Positions 57,915 through 64,000 of a stretch of DNA of 64,000 nt are shown here, piece after piece (the stretch's first letter is position 1; each line of letters opens with the position of its first letter). The notes beneath the pieces were generated by a model. The model searched no databases and had not been told where the DNA came from. It saw nothing but the letters and a program-made list of their open reading frames with translations. The stretch spans positions 22,300 to 86,299 of IMG/VR virus record IMGVR_UViG_3300018421_000015. One strand, given 5' to 3'. This stretch comes from a virus. The position numbers and the translations under genes are program-made.

Positions 57915-58955
57915 TTACTGTAGAGAGTCTGACATCATGTTCAAATTATTAGAAAATCTTTCATTATCTGGCTCTAATAAAAGAGCCGCTTTACAGTACT
58001 TTATCGCTAATTCATGCATTCCGAGATTCCAAGATGCTATTGTTGCCATATCATATGGGTGTGAACCCCAAGCTTCCGCCTCACATAGATATTCTAAAGG
58101 TTTCTCTTTAATAACTAAAGCACTCTCTACGGCAGACAGGCACTCTATCCACCTAGAATTTACATAATAATATCCAGCTAACTCAATCCAAGGCTCTCTC
58201 CTGTCGGGAGACTCTGCACACGCTTTTAATAGCCAGGGATATCTTTCCCCGCTTACTCTAGACAAATACCTCATTGCGGTAGCTCTTTCGGGCTTCCATT
58301 TAGATATTTCTAAGTACTTTAGAAATTGCTCTTCAGCCTGATTATTCAATCCGGCGAACATATATTCTCTGCCTAAGTAAAATCTATTTCTGTCATCACT
58401 TGGATCTTCCCTAATTGACAATTCTAACAGTGGGAGATACTGAGATCTTGACTTAGTGGAATCTGGATAGTGGTGAATCTCTAAATCTATCCAACCCTGA
58501 TTTTCTTCTATGGAAGGCTTTAAAACTTCGTGAACAGGATGCTTCCATCTGTACCCATTCCTGGAATGAATTTTGTCACCAGAATACACAAGACCTTCTG
58601 ATGAATCCTCGTTCCAAGACCAAACATATTTATACCTGGGACGAGTAACTAATGGGTCAACACGCTCTAAATGGTCGCGCCAACCTTTTGTTAAAATTTC
58701 GTCTGCATCTAAAGCTATACAGTAATCGTAATCAGAAGGAATCAAAGACAATGCTACGTTCCTGGCATCATCAAACCGCCAAGGCATCACTGATGCTGAG
58801 TGTACGGTACATCCTGCCAGTAGAGCTTTCTCTACTGTTCCATCAGACGAACCAGTATCTAGTATCAACCTGAGATCGGCTTCTGCACAAGATTCTGCCC
58901 AGCGTTCAATAAACTTCTCTTCATTTTTTGCAATTGTATAGACAGCTATTTTCAT
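57915..58955 (-). CDS. GT2 glycosyltransferase with TPR domain
   Basis: IAKNEE, LDTGSSDGT, FDDARN, LDADE, VHE, followed by TPR-like helices. Confidence 0.9.
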   Translation of the reverse strand: MKIAVYTIAKNEEKFIERWAESCAEADLRLILDTGSSDGTVEKALLAGCTVHSASVMPWRFDDARNVALSLIPSDYDYCIALDADEILTKGWRDHLERVDPLVTRPRYKYVWSWNEDSSEGLVYSGDKIHSRNGYRWKHPVHEVLKPSIEENQGWIDLEIHHYPDSTKSRSQYLPLLELSIREDPSDDRNRFYLGREYMFAGLNNQAEEQFLKYLEISKWKPERATAMRYLSRVSGERYPWLLKACAESPDRREPWIELAGYYYVNSRWIECLSAVESALVIKEKPLEYLCEAEAWGSHPYDMATIASWNLGMHELAIKYCKAALLLEPDNERFSNNLNMMSDSLQ

Positions 58956-58958
58956 TTA

Positions 58959-59519
58959 TTACACAGAATTCCAAGTACTTCCATCATAAACATTTAATGT
59001 TCCACTAGAAGTATTATACCACAATTGACCAGTCTGTGGATTGGAAGGCTGTGAAGCAGCAACATCTGCTAACTGAGCTGGACCAGTAGGCCCGGTGGGA
59101 CCTTGGGTTCCCCTTCTACCTGATATCTCCACCCAGTAGGAATCGTAGTATGAAAATAAACTTGCACTTGAAGAATCGAACCAAAGATCACCAGAGTTAG
59201 GTGATGAAGGAGCTGTATCAGAAACAGATAATCTGTCCGGTCCAGTGGGACCAGTGGGACCAATTGGCCCAGATATCTCAACCCAGGTAGAATCATAGTA
59301 TACGAAAAGCCTACCAACAGAAGAGTCAAACCACATATCTCCACTAGAAGGAGAGGAAGGCTCAGAATCCGATACTTCAGGTGCCCCAGATGCTACAGAT
59401 GCTGCGACGAACTTAGTTCCATTAAAGGTTAAAACCTGATCAGTACTTGCCCCAGATAGATCTAATTCAATACCTTGTATAACAATAGAGTTTTTAACTT
59501 TGAAACTATTATCTGCCAT
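58959..59519 (-). CDS. short collagen-like fibre protein
   Basis: GPTGPT triplets and three GD/Q.WF/YDS...L..YYD..W modules. Confidence 0.8.
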   Translation of the reverse strand: MADNSFKVKNSIVIQGIELDLSGASTDQVLTFNGTKFVAASVASGAPEVSDSEPSSPSSGDMWFDSSVGRLFVYYDSTWVEISGPIGPTGPTGPDRLSVSDTAPSSPNSGDLWFDSSSASLFSYYDSYWVEISGRRGTQGPTGPTGPAQLADVAASQPSNPQTGQLWYNTSSGTLNVYDGSTWNSV

Positions 59520-59561
59520 CAGTTCACTGTCCCTTTAGGCTTTTTAAATTATATTATATTA

Positions 59562-61688
59562 TTATAGCAGAACTGTTCTAAGAACTCTACATGTTACGGT
59601 TGAAGTATTTGCATCAGTTACAGTAACCTGCAACTCTATATTTGTACTATTAAGAGCAGCCTCGACAGCAACACCGGCCATATCACTTGAACCAGTTTCA
59701 ATAATGCCATACTCTGTATAATCAACTACACCGGTTCCAGAATTATAATGAGCCAGAACCTTTGATGTACGCATCTTCATGCCAGTCGAAGTGCCCTGCA
59801 TAAGTGAAACTGTGTACTCAATTGTTTGGACACCAGAAGCTGCTATTGTATCAACAGCTGTCGCAGTAGCTGCAGTTAAAGAATATGCTGTACCCTCAAC
59901 CTTTGCGGTATCGGTATTGCTATCCTTAAGGGTAATGACGCCATTAACATTAAGGGCTGACAATGTTCCTAAGCTTGTAAGGCTTGAATAAAGAACATTT
60001 GAGGCAATGGTGTCGCCGGTCAAATCACCTGCCGCACCAGTCGGAACCTCTGCCCATGAAGCATCTGTGCCATCAGACTTTAAGTAGTATCCGCTTGCAC
60101 TTCCCTGTGCAGGAAGAAGGTTATTCAACGCACCATTTGCAGTTGTTGAACCAGTTCCACCATAAGAAACTCCTATGGTTGTTCCATTCCATGTACCGGT
60201 AGAGATTGTGACAAGAGTTGTTGTAGAAGTACTGCCAGTATATGTTTCTGCTGCAACATCGTCCAAGACCGAATCATACGCCTGCACATCAGAACCGATT
60301 GCAACACCAAGATTTGTTCTGGCGTCAGCAGCTGTGCTTGCGCCCGTACCACCATGAGATATAGCAACATCTGTTGCCTCCCATGTACCGGTTGCAATTG
60401 TGCCCACAGCTGTTAAGCTAGAGGAGGTAACTCCAGAGCCAAGCGTTGAAGCATTTAGTACGCTAGTGCCATTTATGTAGAAGGCTTTACCCGAAGCTAA
60501 ATCCATATGCTCCGAAGATGTCCAGGCATCAGTTGAGTCTACCCAGTTAAAGGTCTTATCTGAAGTACCTTTAACCGTAATACCTGCACCATCTGCTGCG
60601 GCATCTGATGGGCTTTCTGTTGAAGCAAGTTCGATATTCTTATCGTCAACAGTTAATGTTGTAGAGTTAATTGAAGTTGTTGTACCATTGACGACCAAGT
60701 CACCCTGGACTGTAAGATCATTATTAACTGTAACTGTTCCACCTTCTGAAGAACCCAAGTTAACATCAGTTGTAGAACCAGATGCTCCACCTGTACCAAT
60801 ATTAACTGTCTTAGTATTGCCACTTCCAGTAGCTCCTGTTGAAACATTTGTTGTTGAATCAGCAGTACCGGTATAACCAACAGTAAGGGCATCTGAGCTT
60901 GCAAAAGCTCCAAATGTTGCTCCACCATCAATACTAGTTGTAAACGTCGGTGCGGTACCAAAAACTAAAGCGCCTGATCCAGTTTCATCTGAGATGACAC
61001 CAGCGAGTTCAGCAGAAGTTGTTGATGAAAGGTCTGCAAGATTGTTACCAGTGTAAAGAACTGTACCACCAGCACCAAAAGCAACTGATGAAGAATCTGT
61101 TCCAGTAAATGTTAAAGTATTGCTTACGGTAGCTGTTTTACCATTGGCAATTGTCAAGGTACCAGTGCTGCTACTGATTGTAAGACCGTTAATTGATGTG
61201 GCTGTCGCCGCACCGATTGCTGGTGTGGTTAAAGTTGGGCTTGTTGCCAGGACAACATTGCCAGAACCAGTCGTCGCAGTGACGCTCAGTGTGCCATCTC
61301 CACCCGAGGTGGTAACAATACCATTGGAGGTTAGGCTGCCAAGCTTTTTATTGGTAAGCGACTCAGCACCGGCTAAAGTGGCTAAGGTTCCAGAGGCTGG
61401 TAAAGTAATGGAAGTATTACCACTAGTTGCAAAAGCGACTGTGTGCGTACTTGAACCAATCGTTGTTGCACCAGAAGTGACAAGATTACCGCCAACAGTA
61501 ATCGTTGAGGAGCCATTATTAATTCCTGTACCACCCTTAGAGGCAACGAGTACGCCAGTAATATCTGAAGACGGAACTGTAGCAGATGTTGTAACAGCAG
61601 ATCCTGCCGTGGAAACCTTTACGTATCCAGTACTTGTAAGGTCTCCAATAATAAGACCCTTTTTAACTTTGAAATCTTTCTCAGCCAT
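59562..61688 (-). CDS. tail fibre-like protein
   Basis: Thr/Gly/Ser-rich, with GDLVVNGTTT...TVDDKNIEL and GGTG motifs. C-terminal domain shared with 61742..63340. Confidence 0.82.
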   Translation of the reverse strand: MAEKDFKVKKGLIIGDLTSTGYVKVSTAGSAVTTSATVPSSDITGVLVASKGGTGINNGSSTITVGGNLVTSGATTIGSSTHTVAFATSGNTSITLPASGTLATLAGAESLTNKKLGSLTSNGIVTTSGGDGTLSVTATTGSGNVVLATSPTLTTPAIGAATATSINGLTISSSTGTLTIANGKTATVSNTLTFTGTDSSSVAFGAGGTVLYTGNNLADLSSTTSAELAGVISDETGSGALVFGTAPTFTTSIDGGATFGAFASSDALTVGYTGTADSTTNVSTGATGSGNTKTVNIGTGGASGSTTDVNLGSSEGGTVTVNNDLTVQGDLVVNGTTTSINSTTLTVDDKNIELASTESPSDAAADGAGITVKGTSDKTFNWVDSTDAWTSSEHMDLASGKAFYINGTSVLNASTLGSGVTSSSLTAVGTIATGTWEATDVAISHGGTGASTAADARTNLGVAIGSDVQAYDSVLDDVAAETYTGSTSTTTLVTISTGTWNGTTIGVSYGGTGSTTANGALNNLLPAQGSASGYYLKSDGTDASWAEVPTGAAGDLTGDTIASNVLYSSLTSLGTLSALNVNGVITLKDSNTDTAKVEGTAYSLTAATATAVDTIAASGVQTIEYTVSLMQGTSTGMKMRTSKVLAHYNSGTGVVDYTEYGIIETGSSDMAGVAVEAALNSTNIELQVTVTDANTSTVTCRVLRTVLL

Positions 61689-61741
61689 TTAATATGCCTT
61701 CCTTTAAAACAGTGTGGTAACTGTTATATATAGTAATAATC

Positions 61742-63340
61742 TTAAACTTTAATAGCAGTCTTGTTTACTGTAACTTTTGCAGTGGTTGAGGCACCGTCGG
61801 TGACTGTTACGTATAGCAGTCCGTTAATTCCACTGGTCGAAACATCTACTGAAACTCCAGATATTGAACCATTCAATTCGAGGACCCCGTATTCTGTTTT
61901 GTCGATACTTGACCCATCAGTAATGACATGAACTTTGGAACAGCGAACCTTGCTGCCCTGTTTAATTTGCACAAAATACTCTACACTTGGATAATTGGAC
62001 ATTACAAAAGAATCAATAAGTGTTTGAGTGTTACTATTAATATTTACAGTAATTGACTCCACTATAGAATTACTAAGGTCCAGGTAACCAGATACAAGAG
62101 CATCACCCACAACGTGGAGATCGTGAGAGGGGGAAGTGGTTCCTATTCCAACTCTATTGTTATCTGAGTCAACGTGGAGGGTGCTAGTGTCAACGGTAAA
62201 ATCTCCATCTATAGATGATATTGGTGGCATACTCAGGCTCGTACCGTCAGAAGTAATTTGTACCCCTCCAAGATTTATGCTATTTCCACTTAAATAAAGA
62301 TCCCTAAAACGATAAGTAGAAGAACCAAGATCATAAGCCTCATTAGTATCTGGTATTAAAGAACCACCAACAGACCTTGATCCATCAGCTAGCAAATATT
62401 GAGTATGGTCATCGTCAGAGAGACCTGTCATAGATCCATGATCACTAGTGGGGATTGTTGCATTAACCCATCCTGAACCAGAGTACTTAAGAAACTCACC
62501 CGAAGTAGCGCTTGTTATTGATACGTCAGATAAGTCATCTAGCGCTCCAGCAACACCACTTGCACCGGTAGGGCCAGTTGGTCCAGTTGAACCAGTTAAA
62601 CCCGTTGGACCCGTTGGCCCCGTTGGACCATCTTGACCAATAGATCCAGTGGGTCCAGTAGGACCAGATAAACCTGTGGGTCCTGTCGGTCCAGTAGGTC
62701 CAATTGCCCCTGAAATTTCTACCCAAGTTGAATCGTAATATGAAAAAAGCCTAGCACTAGATGAGTCAAACCACAGATCACCTGAAGCAACAGGGGAAGG
62801 AGCGCTATCTGAAACTTGCAATCTATCTGGACCAGTTGGACCAGTAGGTCCAATTGCCCCTGAAATTTCTACCCAAGTTGAATCGTAATACGAAAAAAGC
62901 CTACCCTGATTAGAATTAAACCACAGATCGCCAACATTAGATGACGAGGGCGCTGAGTCTGAGACGGATAATCTATCCGGACCAGTAGGTCCAGTAGGTC
63001 CAGTAGGTGCTGGAGCTGGAGCAAACTTTGTACCATCAAAGGCTAACACGTAGTCTGTGGTTGCACCACTAGTATTTAATTCAATATTGTCGACAAAGAG
63101 GGAAGAAATGTATACAGAATTCGGTAATGAAAAAGTAAACTCACCAGAAGATTCTGAAACATTTATCTCATTTGAAGTACCACTTATAGACCTAACTAAC
63201 TTTGTCGTAACAATATCTTCTACAGAATCTTTATAAAAAAGATTTCCATCATTATAGTTTAGAGCTATTTCACCATACTCTAAAGATGAAGGGGTATTAG
63301 TAGCTGTACCTGAATTTTTAATTTTAACGACATTAGCCAT
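61742..63340 (-). CDS. collagen-like tail fibre protein
   Basis: N-terminal P..L.YGEIALN...G.LF, GPT collagen runs, [24 protein letters not shown]...LHV.G. Confidence 0.85.
   Translation of the reverse strand: MANVVKIKNSGTATNTPSSLEYGEIALNYNDGNLFYKDSVEDIVTTKLVRSISGTSNEINVSESSGEFTFSLPNSVYISSLFVDNIELNTSGATTDYVLAFDGTKFAPAPAPTGPTGPTGPDRLSVSDSAPSSSNVGDLWFNSNQGRLFSYYDSTWVEISGAIGPTGPTGPDRLQVSDSAPSPVASGDLWFDSSSARLFSYYDSTWVEISGAIGPTGPTGPTGLSGPTGPTGSIGQDGPTGPTGPTGLTGSTGPTGPTGASGVAGALDDLSDVSITSATSGEFLKYSGSGWVNATIPTSDHGSMTGLSDDDHTQYLLADGSRSVGGSLIPDTNEAYDLGSSTYRFRDLYLSGNSINLGGVQITSDGTSLSMPPISSIDGDFTVDTSTLHVDSDNNRVGIGTTSPSHDLHVVGDALVSGYLDLSNSIVESITVNINSNTQTLIDSFVMSNYPSVEYFVQIKQGSKVRCSKVHVITDGSSIDKTEYGVLELNGSISGVSVDVSTSGINGLLYVTVTDGASTTAKVTVNKTAIKV
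62691..62903. repeat. 63-bp near-perfect direct repeat, 150 bp apart
   Basis: 62691-62753 versus 62841-62903, one mismatch. Confidence 0.9.
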
Positions 63341-63451
63341 AAAAGCCTCAAGGATTAGTGCACATTTTCAGAGATCTTTAATTAATAGTAATCATTTTAT
63401 ACCCACGTAACACATCTTCTATTACTATTCTATATATGGAATGGAGGAAAA

Positions 63452-64000
63452 TTGAGACCACTTATAAAAGTACTGCCGATGATTATTGCCTTTATGGCAT
63501 TTTTTGTGCCGGGTATAGCCAACGCAACTTCCTACACGGTCACCGAGGAATCCGACTGGTACTTTGAAGTAGAGCAAGACAACACCGATGTTGTCATCTA
63601 TGGTAACTCAAACTCTGCGTGCGCTGGTAGTTTTGCTGATCCGTATCTTTGGGTATACGACCTATCCGGTAATACTCTAGCCCAGAATGATGATGGTAAT
63701 CACAACAGTACGGACCAATGCGTGTCGTCAAAGATTGACACCACGTTGGACGCTGGTGTTTATCGCCTTAGAGCAGGATACTGCTGTAGTTCGTATGGTT
63801 TAGGCTCTAACCCCAGTGGTAACAACTACGAACTTGTTACTAATCTAACACTTGCAACGAACTTCAGCACATACAACGGTGTCAGGTTCTCTTATGTTCC
63901 TGCGTACATTGAGCAGACGATTGACGTTTCTTCGTATGCGGGAGAAATTGATGCAATCATTGTCACTCCGCTTGTAAGGCGTTCTGGCGATGTAAATGAT
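63452..64000 (+). CDS. Secreted protein with signal peptide and PPC-like domain, 3'-truncated (not in ORF track)
   Basis: GGAGG RBS, TTG start, MRPLIKVLPMIIAFMAFFVPGIANA|TS..., DPYLWVYD..G..LAQNDDG. Open to the end of the window. Confidence 0.75.
   Translation, partial: MRPLIKVLPMIIAFMAFFVPGIANATSYTVTEESDWYFEVEQDNTDVVIYGNSNSACAGSFADPYLWVYDLSGNTLAQNDDGNHNSTDQCVSSKIDTTLDAGVYRLRAGYCCSSYGLGSNPSGNNYELVTNLTLATNFSTYNGVRFSYVPAYIEQTIDVSSYAGEIDAIIVTPLVRRSGDVND

Noticed and set aside
1-64000. tRNA/rRNA genes, integrase, transposase, reverse transcriptase/DGR
   Set aside because: No recognisable motifs by eye, and the intergenic gaps are short. A tRNAscan/Infernal run would be needed to exclude small RNAs fully.

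Overview
This is an AT-rich, gene-dense segment of a large tailed phage genome. It has no host housekeeping genes and contains several tail-fibre-like genes. Leaderless TG-extended -10 promoters and a CYP125-type P450 suggest an actinobacterial host (inference). There are three zones. (1) 1-10.5 kb (+) is a phage-encoded ubiquitin-like conjugation cluster: JAB/JAMM peptidase, ThiF/E1, a Prok_Ub-type Ubl ending in GEKG, an AAA+ ATPase and two Prok-E2-like paralogues. A dnaX-style -1 frameshift signal lies inside the JAB gene. (2) 10.5-19.7 kb (+) holds MerR-type HTH, SSB, a degenerate family-4 UDG, KTSC, a SPOUT methylase and many small hypothetical ORFs. (3) 19.7-63.4 kb (mostly -) interleaves virion/fibre genes with a very large tailoring-enzyme set: 16 2OG-Fe(II) oxygenases, a flavin halogenase, a P450, a carbamoyltransferase, GT60 (Hyp-GlcNAc) and GT2-TPR glycosyltransferases, a DegT aminotransferase, methyltransferases and a GPx. 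Two parallel modules each pair a structural protein carrying an odd low-complexity tract, either (PP[F/Y]F)x24 or a ~740-aa His/Asn-rich insert, with three oxygenases and a DUF6065-like gene. This suggests a virion-protein post-translational modification system. No tRNA, rRNA or CRISPR array was seen. All family calls come from reading motifs, not from database searches.
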